DNA of 55,431 nt, the filler included, from Porpidia crustulata (taxonomy: Eukaryota), in NCBI GenBank assembly GCA_964255105.1. It is 4 parts of 4 records of this genome, joined end to end, with 100 filler letters (N's around TTAATTAATTAA, not from the genome) between each part and the next. Parts side by side here need not be neighbours in the genome. Positions count along the whole stretch, not along the records: positions 1 to 13,809 come from CAXUWE010000412.1; 3 more parts are not named here. The stretch is one strand, 5' to 3'. A program made the translations under genes and the position numbers. Position 1 is the first letter of the stretch. Each line of letters begins with the position of its first letter. This document shows positions 1 through 11,997 of the stretch, piece after piece. A model generated the notes under the pieces. It worked only from the letters and a program-made list of their open reading frames with translations, was not told where the DNA came from and searched no databases.

Positions 1-342
1 AGGTAGGATTCAAAGATGGTATCCTTGAGTGAAAGGGTTATGAGGTGAGTTTCGACGGTGGAACCCTTCTACTTACTGTCGGTAAGACCCTGCTTCGACG
101 TTAGACATGTCAACGGACTGTTAGAAGAAGACCACTTACGCCCATACCTGTGAGCCCCGTTCTGGTATGACGGTGAAACGGATCGAGGTGTCGTCGAGTT
201 TGATCCATACTGTTTTTCCGAGAGATGATAGTGAAGCCGTCAATTCTAGAATCCCTGTCAATGCGCTGAGTCGATGTAGGGAAGAATGCTCGTGAGTACT
301 TGTAAATGTGCTGATATTCTTAAGGGCAGCCTTAAACTTCAT
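1..342 (-). CDS. HUS1: Checkpoint clamp (9-1-1) subunit Hus1, 5' part only; exons 342-300, 245-140, 89-77, 23-<1
   Basis: Spliced translation [61 protein letters not shown] matches the fungal Hus1 N-terminus as recalled; introns 299-246, 139-90 and 76-24 are GT-AG and keep frame. Confidence 0.85.
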
Positions 343-448
343 TCTGCCGTTTTAGTCATTCGCTCATTGGTGGGTTGAATTGTACAAGCCCTCGGCTTGG
401 AGGAAAACCTTGGATTGTAATTTAAGCCCTTCACAATCAGACATCGTC

Positions 449-456
449 TTTCGCGT
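449..456 (-). promoter_or_regulatory. MCB/SCB-like element ACGCGAAA upstream of HUS1
   Basis: tttcgcgt ~110 nt upstream of the HUS1 ATG; MBF-type sites are typical of DNA replication/repair genes; short motif, could be chance. Confidence 0.4.
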
Positions 457-750
457 GGCCTCACATAATTCAGGAAGGCATATCAATCTACAAGTCTTGA
501 GATTTGACGTGTATTTCCAGAAAAACTACCTAGTGTAGCCTACATTAGGCACCACCAACCTCTGATAGTGGTGGCCGACAACAAATAAGGACCCAGATAG
601 TAGTCTTCTGGTAAACAGTCATATGTAAACAGAGCGTCAAACATGGGTATCATCGCCCGACTGAAACTCCGAAAGTGCCGCCAAACACAAGGCGCCACTG
701 TAAAAATGTCCGCTCGGAAACTGTACCTCAATCCTTTCTATCTGTACAGC

Positions 751-3700
751 TCATCCCTCTTTCCTCGACTTCAGAAATACTCTTTTCGTCCCTCCTACAT
801 TACCCAAATCCCCAAAATCCCCGTCCATACCTTTCTTTTTCTCGGCGCTAAAATTTCTAACTTGATCGACCATGCCATCTACCCATGCTTGCTTTCTAGG
901 AGATATATCAAGTTTCTTTGTCTTTGGACCGGCTAAACCTAATGGAGAATCATCTTCTGTCCAGGAGTGACGCGATGATGGTCGGATCGAAGTTGGGCTG
1001 GAATCTCGAGACCTAGGCGCAGAGTCTTGATAAACATGTGCAGGGTTTTCTGGGGTGACTGGTGCCCCTGTACTTGAGGAAGCAAGCTCAGATAGACGTC
1101 GAGTCATCAAAGTGGGCATCACAGGAGACTCCGGTCTGCTACTGGGTGGTTTGCGAGCACTGGAGTGTCCGGTCGATATCGTTGTGGGAGAGCTTGACTG
1201 CGATTGTTGCAATCCTTGGATTTCAAACTTCCCGCCTGAAATCGATCGTCGTCCATGATGAGTAGCGTATTCCTTCAGGTACTCGCCGAGATCGGCCCAG
1301 CCGCCGCCGATACGAACCATAACACGTTCGCCATTCTCGCCCACAAGCCGTATATATAATTTGATGGGTGCTGCCTTGCCTACTTGATGCAGGTGATATA
1401 GCTTGATCTCCGAGTCCCCTTGTGAGCGCATCTTTGAGGATTTTGGGTGGGCTGGTGCAAGTGTAATCGGCGACGGTGCCGAGGTTTGACTTCTTGAAAG
1501 CCGCCTTGCAGGCGATTCTTTCAGAGGTGTTTGAAGATCTTGCATGCCCTCTGAGCGTAAAACTTCGGGTGCATCGGCCTCGGGCCCAGAAGTAAGTCGT
1601 ATGTGTGCTGGGATGTTGGTCAGTATTGAGCTAATGCGAGCCTCAAGCTGATCATCGGAAGTTTTAAAAGTTGTTTTACTGGAAAGTACAGGCGAGGATA
1701 TGGGCGTCATATTACTAGTATTAGTAGGTTCACCTCGGGCTTTTTGTCTGATCTTGACTGGTGTAGGGCCGGGTCCTAAATCCGAAAAAACCTCGTATCT
1801 ATGCTTGGATTTTAATGGGATTGGGGGTGCAGAGTCGAAAGAGCTTGCAGGACCACTCGTATCCTTGCTTGATTGGGATTGTAGGCTCGATCTTGATTTG
1901 TCTTCGAGCTGAAATGCTGGGGTTGATTTCTCTTGAGCCATCTTTCTGGACTCATCATCTTGCAAGCGAAGCAAGGCCGATGTAAGTGGTCGCCCTGGGC
2001 CGATGTCCTCTGTATTAGAGCGCCACAGACCGGGAGATGTCGATGCGTAGGTTCCACCTCCTCCTACATAAGTATTACTCCGTGTCTGGATGATTGTTAG
2101 TGTTAAGAAAAAATAAAAGTTGCTGAATGCATACCGGACTATCACGAGCTCCATCTACAATTTCGAGTGATGCGCTTCTGGCTCTTGATGTTGGTCCAGG
2201 CTGACCAAGGCTCGGGAAGAATCCATCTTTGAAACTCGCAATATCATTTACGCCCAATTCTTGTTTGAGAGTCGAAGCACGACTTCGTTGAGCTGGTGGT
2301 GATATATAACTTGATGGAAAGATACTTTCCGTAGCCTTATGTTCGCCTCGCTCAGTACGCTGGCTTGAATGCCGAGAGACACTCAAACTGGGACTAGTCG
2401 GATCTTTCGAAACATAGCTTGGTGTAGTGACCTCAACAGGACCCGAGAAGTACTCAGCTCTCGAAGCATCGCGTATTTCGGGGCTTGACATATTCGAAAA
2501 GTATTCAGATGTCGCTGATCCAGCATATGACGTATCTGGAGATATTTCTGAGGAGACGTTGCTAATAGCTCGAGAATGAGTCTTGTGAAATACGAGAGGA
2601 CCGGGTCTGGCTGCAGGACCGTGTTTTTGCTCAAGTATTTCAGCTTCCAGTGTATCCAAAATCTCCAGTTCAGTGTTGACGGGTAACGTTCTTGGGTCGG
2701 TAAGCCTTTCAGGACTGACTATAGGAGGGTTCATGAGCTCAGCTCGATGAACCTTGCGGGGTTCATCACTTGGTAGCCGGTCATTCGTTCGCTGAGTATC
2801 TGGTACTTGGCTTGAACTGTCATCACTGTCAGAATCGGCTTCCGTGTGTCCTAGAAGTCCAGAAAGCAAATTATAAACACTTCTGTCACCAGCTGTACCA
2901 GTCTCCGCCTCAGGCTTTCCGTCTGCCTCTCTTACTTGTTGTTCGCTGGTCGGTTCGTAGCCATAGAGTGTAGGTAGTCCTTTCAATGATGACGGCATAT
3001 CCTCTCGGGCGTTCATTGTATTTTGAGAAATAGCTCCAATGCTTTTATATGATTGTTTGATGTTCAATTCATTCTCTAAAATTTGCCTCTCTGTCTCCAC
3101 GACCCAGGTACCAAATTGATCTTCAATGGTTTCCATACTATCGATCCACTGCTCTGGTAAAATGTCCTCTCTTCCTTCCAAAGTATCTAACATACTGTCT
3201 AATCTGCGGCCGAGTTCTGATATTCTGCTTTCGAGCATATCTCGCATAGAAGCGAATGCTTCCCTTGAAACACTTGATTCTAACTCGCCTAGAGCTGTTC
3301 TAGTTGTGTAAACTGCATTCGATCCAGATTTGAGCGCCATTTGAGATTCTTCAAGACAAGCTAGAAACCCTGGGACTTGCCGTAGAACGCTTAAACGCAC
3401 AGCCCAGGTATCCAACAATATATCTAGCTGTGTTATAGTAGGCAAAGCTTGCATGATTGTGGCTGTGATTACTGCTGCGAAATCGTCTAGGTGGTTGTAA
3501 TTTCCAGCGTAACCTCTATACAGATGATGTCCAGTTGATTGCAGCGAAGATCGACTTGAGCCAATAGCTAGATGTACGTCTCGCACGTGATCCTTCAATT
3601 CCTCTAGCCCGAGCCTCTCCATGTGATCAGCAATGATCTCTATGCGGTTTTCGTACTCCTGTAAAATCTTTTCAGGGAGACTACCCCAGTAAACGTCATC

Positions 3701-4162
3701 TCGAGCATTTTCTTGCTTGACAAACCGATGAGTGTCCAATCCGAGCTCAGTGAGCCTATCATCAGGCCAATAGTGTCGAGCGTTTCTCGAGCGGTCATAT
3801 CCTGGAGGGGCTTCGAAACCATTGTTTTGTCCAGCCAACGTAGGCCAAGGCCACTCCATGAGCTCCTGGCACCATTCTCTTGATTTCTTCGCAGCTAGCG
3901 CCGCCCGTATTCCTAGCGCTCGTTCCGATGTAGTTGCACCTTCAACGCTGTCTCGGAGCACGCTATTGCCAGTATTTTTTATACTACCCACTGCTTGTGT
4001 GCTCTCTAGAGCTTCTAGTGTCGCAGTCGGCGATAATTGTGACAGTAAAGGGTCTAAGTCACTACTATGCTGCCGCCGGTTGGGGGAGTGTGATGGAGAG
4101 CGCGAAAATGCTCGACTGGGGGCAGCGAAGCGTAAAGTGGGCTCTAGCGCTGATTGATCCAT
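751..4162 (-). CDS. Large fungal GAS2/GAR-domain (microtubule-binding) protein; exons 4162-2135 and 2085-751
   Basis: C-terminal KLYIRLVGENGERVMVRIGGGWADLGEYLKEY is the GAR motif; 49-nt intron GTATGC...CTAAC...CAG joins the 719-aa and 467-aa ORFs in frame; start MDQSALEP is inferred. Confidence 0.8.
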
Positions 4163-5363
4163 TATTCGTATCGCTTTGCTAATAGCCAGACCTCTGGAGC
4201 GGGATATGATAGGCGTACAGTAAACCTGGCGCAAAACATGGCATTGGATAATGAAAGACGACGGTAAAGACTGTGTCGGTTATGACTGATCTATTTTGGC
4301 ACCATGTAACGAGGCATGTAAAGAGTAATGATGCCCGTGGAACAAGGTGTAAATTGATGAGAGAAGAAGATTCAAGAATCGGCACGTTGTACCTGATAGT
4401 CAATAAGAATGGTTCCCCATCTTGAGCTCGCGCGCTAAGGCCTGGAGCCCCTCTCGTCATCCCGCTTTCCGTCAAGCACTAGACTTCAATGCCTCATTAG
4501 CTGCTCATTTTCTGTGTCGACACATCCTTACTTCAGACACAGTTACAGTAGCCCTTGAGCTGATCATTCAGCAGCCAGTAGGACGCTCGGAAGCTATATG
4601 GATTCTAAGCCCATACAGGTACGAATGTCAGTTACAGCTTCATGAACGCCTTCTGTGTATGTACCAATCATTCGTATCGTGTAAATCTGTATACATCTAG
4701 TCCTCAAGCATCTTAATGATTGACGGCTGGTCAGCTGAAGGAATACACTGCTGTTAATTCGAGCGCAGTATTCAACATCTCTACACAAACATCTCGATAC
4801 TTTAAATCGTCTACTTCGATTTTCTTTGCATGATATAGAACGATATCTAGTCACATCGAGTGATAGAATACTCGAACTCCTCAAAAGCAATCATCGTGAT
4901 TTGGAGTGGCGATCAAGCTTGTAATTTGAAGAAGTGTACATTCGATGGATGTTTAGTTTGATTTCGTACTCAAAATTTCTTCTGTTTCGAAGGTAATACT
5001 CGTCCGATACCTGAGAAACCGATTCCCGAGCCATGAGAGAGTAAGATGACTACTCTAACGGAGGTCTGACGCGAAACTCACCCACAGATCACAACTACCC
5101 CAATATGACTTTGGTTCTTTCGGTTCACAATGACATAGTGGACCTAGGGTATTCTTTCAGCGACGACAAAGGATGCAATACGTGATGATGAATACTAGTG
5201 TCATATTATTGTGGCATACTTACTTTGTTCAGACAATGATATTGTGGCACATAGGTTTTGATTGCTCCAGCATCATGAAACTCTCCCTTACTTACTCTCC
5301 TTCCGTTTTGTCCCCCAGTCTTCGTTCACAAGAAAAATCTACTGAGTATTAATATCGATAATC

Positions 5364-5753
5364 ATGGGCTGTTGCCTCTCAAAACGAGCATCGCGCCTCC
5401 GATCATATACTGCCAACAGTCCTGACGCCATGAGCAGTCCCGCAGATCTTGGATCCCATTCTGGATCCACACATGGTTTGGTTGCTCCAGTGCCTGCAAC
5501 ATATCAGACTCAGTACCAACAATTACCGCAAGCAGGTGTTGCTCCAGCTCGCGTAAACAATGCGAATATAGAGCAGAGATTGAGAAGGGAGGCCATTAGA
5601 AGGCGTTTGAGTGGATCGACGCGAGAAGAGAGGGAAAGGCGGGACAGGGAGCGAGTATGGAGCTTGACACGAGAGGAAAGACTAAGACTTGAGAGCGAAG
5701 ACGCCGAATTTAAGGATGCTGTTTCTGGATCGCCAGGGATTCATCGGCTGTAG
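5364..5753 (+). CDS. Small hypothetical protein (129 aa) with N-terminal MGCCLSK myristoylation/palmitoylation motif
   Basis: ATG in atcATGg context after a CT-rich leader; MGCCxS motif; charged helical C-terminal half. Confidence 0.65.
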   Translation: MGCCLSKRASRLRSYTANSPDAMSSPADLGSHSGSTHGLVAPVPATYQTQYQQLPQAGVAPARVNNANIEQRLRREAIRRRLSGSTREERERRDRERVWSLTREERLRLESEDAEFKDAVSGSPGIHRL

Positions 5754-6822
5754 TCTCTAGTATATCTAATAGCAAAATACGCAAAAGGTGTTGGATGAGC
5801 AGCCACAATGGTATCGAGTGTGCAGGCCCAAGGTAGATCATCAGTATATACTCCTTATGTACTCCTTATGTTCCCTGAAAGACTTGCCGTTTTTGATAGA
5901 CTGTCGCATTGGACTCTTTCATGATAAATGAAAAGAAAAGTGTATCCAATCGTCCGCAGATCTTCCCAAATTCACATCTCCGAAGATCTTCTCGGTTGCT
6001 TCAGTCATAAACCATTTTACTCAATCATGTCTAGAATTTTGATTCGGAAGTACAAGGCATTCGAAGTTCTTCTGAACCTGATGCTTATGTTGTTAACATG
6101 TTGTAACGTCGCTCGGAGCGGACGATTCCTCGAAGCGCCAAGGTCCCCGTTACCATGAATTGGAATAACAAGAAAACTCTCCATTCTCCTCCAATTAGTG
6201 CCGCAACTTTCAAGCTCCAATTAAAGCCCTTGTACCCTATCACGCCTATCTATCATTTCGGGCATGCTAAGCTTTTCGCTTATCTCAGCCTTGGCGGCAA
6301 TCCCTTCCTTTCAAATCTGCTTCCCTCTGTAGAACATGTCTAGATTACTGCAGAGCAACGTATTATGGATTAGGATTAAACATTCTCAGAGGTCAACTCT
6401 AAGTGACTTCTCTTAGCTTGAAGACTTAGGCGGATCTGATTACCCAAGATCATATCTGCTGCCAAGGATGCCGAGAAACGTGCATAACTTGCCACTCTCA
6501 TTGCTCGAGTATCAAGAGCCATGAAAATCTATTGTTCCAACTTCGAGTCAGTCTGGACTACCCGGGTGTATCACGGCTCGGTGCAAGATGTCCATCATTG
6601 TCCACCTACGCGAGTATGAGGCTAGTATTGTTGTTGTCATTGCGTCCGATGAGCATTAAGACCCGTCGTATAGTATACATTACTCCCTGATATTTAAGCT
6701 CTGCGATCCATTTATTTTCTTGATAATTCAGCAACCACTTTCACCGCACTCTTTTTGTTATTCATTTATTCCCTTCCAACTCTCAACCGGACTTATACTT
6801 ACCTCTTTCATATGATTTCGAT

Positions 6823-7835
6823 ATGCTTGAGAAGCAAACTACTATCGTTGTCTCTGGATTATGTCTTCTGCCATTAGCATCAGCATTGTCCGCTATTCTC
6901 TTCAAGCTTATGGAGTTCAGAGCTGCTGCAAGCCTTGATGGAAGAAGCGCTCATGCCCACTTCAGCCGCGGCGTCCCTGGAGATGTTCCTAATTGTGATG
7001 GCAACGACCCTTCTTTCAGCGGCGTTCAGAGCTAGTGGGCATATAAAGATGGGCAGGACATGTACGTCCGCGCTGATCGTAGTAATGATGACTGGGGGGA
7101 CAAGTGTCGCTAGTTATTATCCTATTCGAGTATCCTCCAAATAGGTCGACTCTTCAGCAATCTTCGTCGCTGATTTGGTCTCTTAGGACGTACTACTCCC
7201 TCATTGCCACTCAAAATCATTACAAGACGTAGCAGCTGACCGATTCCGTCGATTTTGGCACCGCGCAGGGCTGCGGAAATGTCAAAGCAACCCGAACAAC
7301 CACATGCACCGCTACTGCTTAGTCTTTCTCCGCTAGTCTCGAGCAAACAATCACGGCCGAGCTTGAGACTGTCGGCGGGGGCGAGGAGTGGACCTGAATT
7401 GCGCAAGTGAATGGTAATTTGCAAGTCTGCAATCAGAGCACGAATACTGGGTGAATATACGCTGGATACGAAGAATCCATTTCGGAGAGACTCATGGTAG
7501 ACTCAAATATGATTATCGATATCTCAAATCTCTGGACATATACGTGGAGCGACGTCCTCCGCCAGAGCAACTGGCAAACTTCTTGTCACAAGACCGTGTA
7601 CGGCTACATGCGCTGCTCTTGTGACAACGGCCGCGATGATACGGATGCGGCTGTCCTCCGTAGTGCATTACTCTTCATCCGCTGACCCTCTGTCATAGGT
7701 GTCAAAATTCCCGAACGATTCACCTTATCGAGGTCTATTATACGGTCAGCATCTAGGATGCTTAAATCAATATCCAGTGTGTGCAGACATGAGCTATCCC
7801 ATGATGCAGCCAGTAAAGGAGCCATATGTTCATAA
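6823..7835 (+). pseudogene. Decayed multi-exon gene for a secreted Cys-rich, Ser/Thr-rich protein
   Basis: Signal-like N-terminus, then RGVPGDVPNCDGNDPSFSGVQS*WAYKDGQDMYV...DKC / TYYSLIATQNHYKT*QLTDSVDFGTAQGCG...TTTCTATA*SFSASLE...WT*...VCNQSTNT / TYTWSD...W...TVYGYMRCSCDNG; stops at 7033, 7230, 7320, 7395; intron remnants GCTGAT...TTAG (to 7186) and GTGAAT (7451); 3' end approximate. Confidence 0.65.
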
Positions 7836-8714
7836 TCAGCAAAGCGGGAACGATGGATTGGTGAGGTAGGATTAGTGTAGGGAAGAGATCGAGAAACGAA
7901 AAAGTCTGCGGGGCATTAGGATGGATAGTTTCTATCCAATTGAGTATGTTCTGCGACTCTTGCTTTCGCTGTCGATTTCACCGTTCACCTGCGAAGACCT
8001 GATCTTCCGTTTAAAGAAGGCGTCTCCTACATTTTGTAGAAGACACAAACGCCGTGATTGCAACTGCAGCTGCCCTTCGACAGTGTCTGATGCGCGGGTG
8101 CATAAAATTGGAAGGCGGATTAGACCTATCGGGTCCTTGACTGTCGTGCCACAGCACCACATTGCACAGCAAGATGATTTGCGCCCGGATACAATCAAGC
8201 GGGAATTAACCCATCCCTAGCCAGTCGTGTAATAATGTGTCGATGGACGTCAAACTTGTGGAGCCACAAACGACTCTGTGGTGCGAAAATGAAACGATCC
8301 GTTCTGACCATGCCTAAAAAGACTGATTTAGATGTGAGGCGGATTGAGAAACCGCAGAAATATCGCCTGTTGAACGAATTAAATCGTGAAGTTGCTTCTA
8401 GGGCTGAATTAAAGTATTTAACCCCTGATTCGGAGACAAAACCAGTAGCAACGGCGTGTCGCTTGTGTGCTTGTCACGCTTGTGTACCAGCTACTCCGTA
8501 ATCTTTCAATGAAACAGGCCTCCCAGGCACGGCAGAAGGATGCCAGGGCTGAAGTAGCTGGAATAGACGGCGTCGAAGGATTCGCCCAGTTGTCCCAGAG
8601 ACACGACGTTATTAAAATGATGTAGCCTGCCTTCAATTCTGGTGCGAAAACATCAAGAATGGCGCCAATGTGTTCCGTTTGATTGCCCTCGACCCAAAAT
8701 TTCAATCTGGCGGT

Positions 8715-10253
8715 ATGGGTAGGTTACCAGATCTTGAAAACGAAGCACTAGTGGAGCCAAGGTCGCAAAAGCCGCTCCAGGCACCAGGCCGAAACGTTCA
8801 ACTGACCATTTATCGCGAAATCGTCGGCATCGACCCTGCGCCTGCGCTGGGACATGGCGATGCTAAGCGATCAGCCCAGAACAAAGGCTTGTACAAACGT
8901 ACATGCCAAGCGGAGTCGAAAGCCAGGTATCAGTACTACATCTGCGCTGCCACTTTCAACACCTGCTTCCTGCTGCAGATTGTCGTGGCGGCCGCTTTGA
9001 CCGCGATTGGTGCCGCCAATGGCCCTCACATGGCTGTCACGGTGCTAGGAGCGGTGAATACTGTAATCGCAGGTATGCTTACTTATCTGAAAGGTCAGGG
9101 TTTGCCCAATCGCCTGCGTCGGTACCAGAGTGAGCTTCGGAAAGTCAGAGAGTACATCGAGGAGCGAGAGCGAGATTTCAGCCGTGCAGACTGTCAACTG
9201 GATCTGGACAATGAGATTGCCATTATCTATCGAATGTATGAGGCTGTGAGGCAAAATAACGAAGACAATTTCCCTGACAATTACCATAATTTCGTGGGTG
9301 TCGGTGCTACGAAGCCAGCAGGTACCTCGGAAGCAAAGGCGCCTTCAGGGAAGCAGGTCGATGCCATTCCAGATGATACAGCATCAGCAAATGTCCCACA
9401 AGTGGAAGTAACGGCTACTGAAGTTCCTTCTGGCATCAGTGATAGGTCCTCAAACAGAAACAGCTTGCATGTACCTAACGATGCTCACATTCCCCCAATC
9501 CCAAAGTCGCAGGATATTTATGGCGGACTCTCAGTACTTGGACAGTCCGGTGGTCGGAATGGACGACCGTCAAGTCTAGACATTGACCCTACCGCAACTG
9601 GAATACATGCGGCCCCATATGCAGGATTGCAGCACCTAGAAGATAGAAAGCCTCGCGAGCGACCCACGTCCTCGCTCGGAAGATCACCAAACAGCCATGA
9701 CAGACAGACATCCACAGGGCGGCCTCACGCCTCGAGGGAGAGACCGACCAGTATGCATGGCCGACGGATATCCGCTGGAGCGCCTGCAGGAACGAGAGAT
9801 AAACCTTCTCACAGTAACAGCGTACACGAATCTGTAGAACGACCACCAGCGCCAAGTGAAGGACCTCTCGATGAGAATAGGCTGTACGAAGATCCCATAA
9901 ATCGTGTCATGGTACCTGGTGCATCTGGAAGGTCTTCAAACAGAGATAGCACGTATATACCAGCACAACGGCCCGAATCACTGAGTGAAGATATACCGAC
10001 CGTTCATAACGAACACACGTACACAGAGCGACCAACAACCCCCATTCTCAGTGGCCGTTCATATAGCAGGAGAAATTCATACACTTCACCGGAGCAACTG
10101 CCCCACGCTGAAATTCGAAACATTCCACCAGAGATGGCTAGAGCTCCAAGCGATGGTTTACCAAACAGTACACCGGGGCTACCCTCTTTGGGTCGGGGAA
10201 ATTCTACCACGCCAGTCAAACAATTTCTCAACGCCGCTCAGCGGAGGAGCTGA
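8715..10253 (+). CDS. SLATT (SMODS/SLOG-associating 2TM effector, fungal type) domain protein with long disordered Ser/Pro/Arg tail
   Basis: Two TM helices FLLQIVVAAALTAIGA and VTVLGAVNTVIAGMLTYLKGQGLPNR followed by ELRKVREYIEERER, the recalled SLATT_fungal signature; first ATG at 8715. Confidence 0.8.
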   Translation: MGRLPDLENEALVEPRSQKPLQAPGRNVQLTIYREIVGIDPAPALGHGDAKRSAQNKGLYKRTCQAESKARYQYYICAATFNTCFLLQIVVAAALTAIGAANGPHMAVTVLGAVNTVIAGMLTYLKGQGLPNRLRRYQSELRKVREYIEERERDFSRADCQLDLDNEIAIIYRMYEAVRQNNEDNFPDNYHNFVGVGATKPAGTSEAKAPSGKQVDAIPDDTASANVPQVEVTATEVPSGISDRSSNRNSLHVPNDAHIPPIPKSQDIYGGLSVLGQSGGRNGRPSSLDIDPTATGIHAAPYAGLQHLEDRKPRERPTSSLGRSPNSHDRQTSTGRPHASRERPTSMHGRRISAGAPAGTRDKPSHSNSVHESVERPPAPSEGPLDENRLYEDPINRVMVPGASGRSSNRDSTYIPAQRPESLSEDIPTVHNEHTYTERPTTPILSGRSYSRRNSYTSPEQLPHAEIRNIPPEMARAPSDGLPNSTPGLPSLGRGNSTTPVKQFLNAAQRRS

Positions 10254-11997
10254 TAATATAGTACGCCACGACCTGCAAAAGCTCTGCTCTAGTAAAGCCT
10301 TGGGCGGACTCACGGGAATGATCGCCAGATCATCGTTGTACGATGCTTCGGATAAGAGATACTCGACTGCACTCGTTGACGAAATGTTCACTCCCAAGAT
10401 CATTCATGTACAATGCTTTGTTACACCGACAAACTTGGGCATTGACCCCAAACCCAGCGCTACAAATAACTACGATACTCTTTTCATTCTGGCTCTCGAC
10501 AGATGAGAAATGCAGGTTCGAGATTTTCGTCCGCCATCAGTCACTGATGCTGCTATCATGATAATCCGCTCCATTTACAACGGCCGGAGTCACTGTACAA
10601 AGTCTAAATACCTAAGTGCAAACGGTAGATTTTTTATAAGTAGAGATAAGGATTTCCATGGTGGGAGATGAATCTAGGCCTTGTAGGCTGGTGATGCTAG
10701 GATTCTCCGTACGATATTTCGAAGGGCTCTCGGGCTACACTTTCGGTATTAATATGTTAGTAGAGAGTTTTGTACCGAGAAGATTTGCATTATGGAAGCC
10801 GAGGAGTCACGTAGTATAAGAGAATTATCAACGCCTTGACTGGTATGCCATGTAAAAAGATTCAGGTCTCTCACAAGGTGTGTAATGCGGCCTAAGCGCC
10901 AAAGGTTTTGAGAGGCTGACTGTGGTCGTTTCAGGTCTTTCCCCGCTAGGCCAACTGGGCCATGTTTGTGCTGGCTCTGGTCTGCACTTTTCCACTTATG
11001 ATCTACTACACCTGGATAGACATGGGGGTTCATTGGGATGCATCGATGGTGTATTGGACTTGAGTACTGTAAGACCTCTGGATTGGACGCTGTTTGCATG
11101 CAAACGGTCGCACCCGGCAACAGCGCAATCTATAATACACCTAGAAGACCGCAACTTACACCACTGACCACTTTCGATCACTACTTACTACACAAGTACC
11201 TTACCTTTACGGATATCAGAATTAGACTGTGATTATTCTCCAGAACATAAAGGCATCTTCTCATGGCTGAGTAAATGGCTGCATGCGTCAGGGTTGCGTG
11301 GCTCTCAGAACTTTCATGTAAGGTATTAGGCTGCAACCTTCGACGGGTTCGTTCTTGTGCCTCATTTACTTAGGTGGGGTGAGGAAATGTATGTGAGCTG
11401 ATGAAATTCGAAGGGTGTCTCTTATTCGTCTCTTCTGTCATTTACAGGTGATGAGATTTGCCTTTTCTTTCGTGTCCTGCGACGTTTCTTTCCTGGTTCA
11501 ATTCGAAAATCCTAGTCGTATACTTTTCCATATTATCCATCTCAGAGGTCACACTACTTTGGGAGTTCAAACGCATGGCCTTTTCAAAGGGTGTGCCTGG
11601 TTTCAACCCCAGTATATTGTCTTTCTTGAAGTGGTAATGGTCGGTAAGCAGCACTGCTCAGCAGTGTCTTGCGTGGCATTGTCAAACAGCCTCGCTCAAT
11701 TTCACAGAATCATGCAGCGTGGCTTGAGAAAAGTGTCACGAGTTGTGGCTCGCTAACGCTATGATTGGAACATCATGCATGTGAGTGTGGACTGTACCAC
11801 AAAAAGCAGGCGGGCTGTGTCTATCGAAGCGGTTAGCCGCTCAAGGCTCTCCTACACCCACACACCCTATTACGTGTAATGGATGCCCTCAAATAGAGGC
11901 TTCGGCTCCCAATTCCAATCCCTATAATCTTCTTCCAATCAATCACAACAATCGTTGTTCTCATCGCTATCTTTCTTTCTATCTTTTAAAAACCGCG

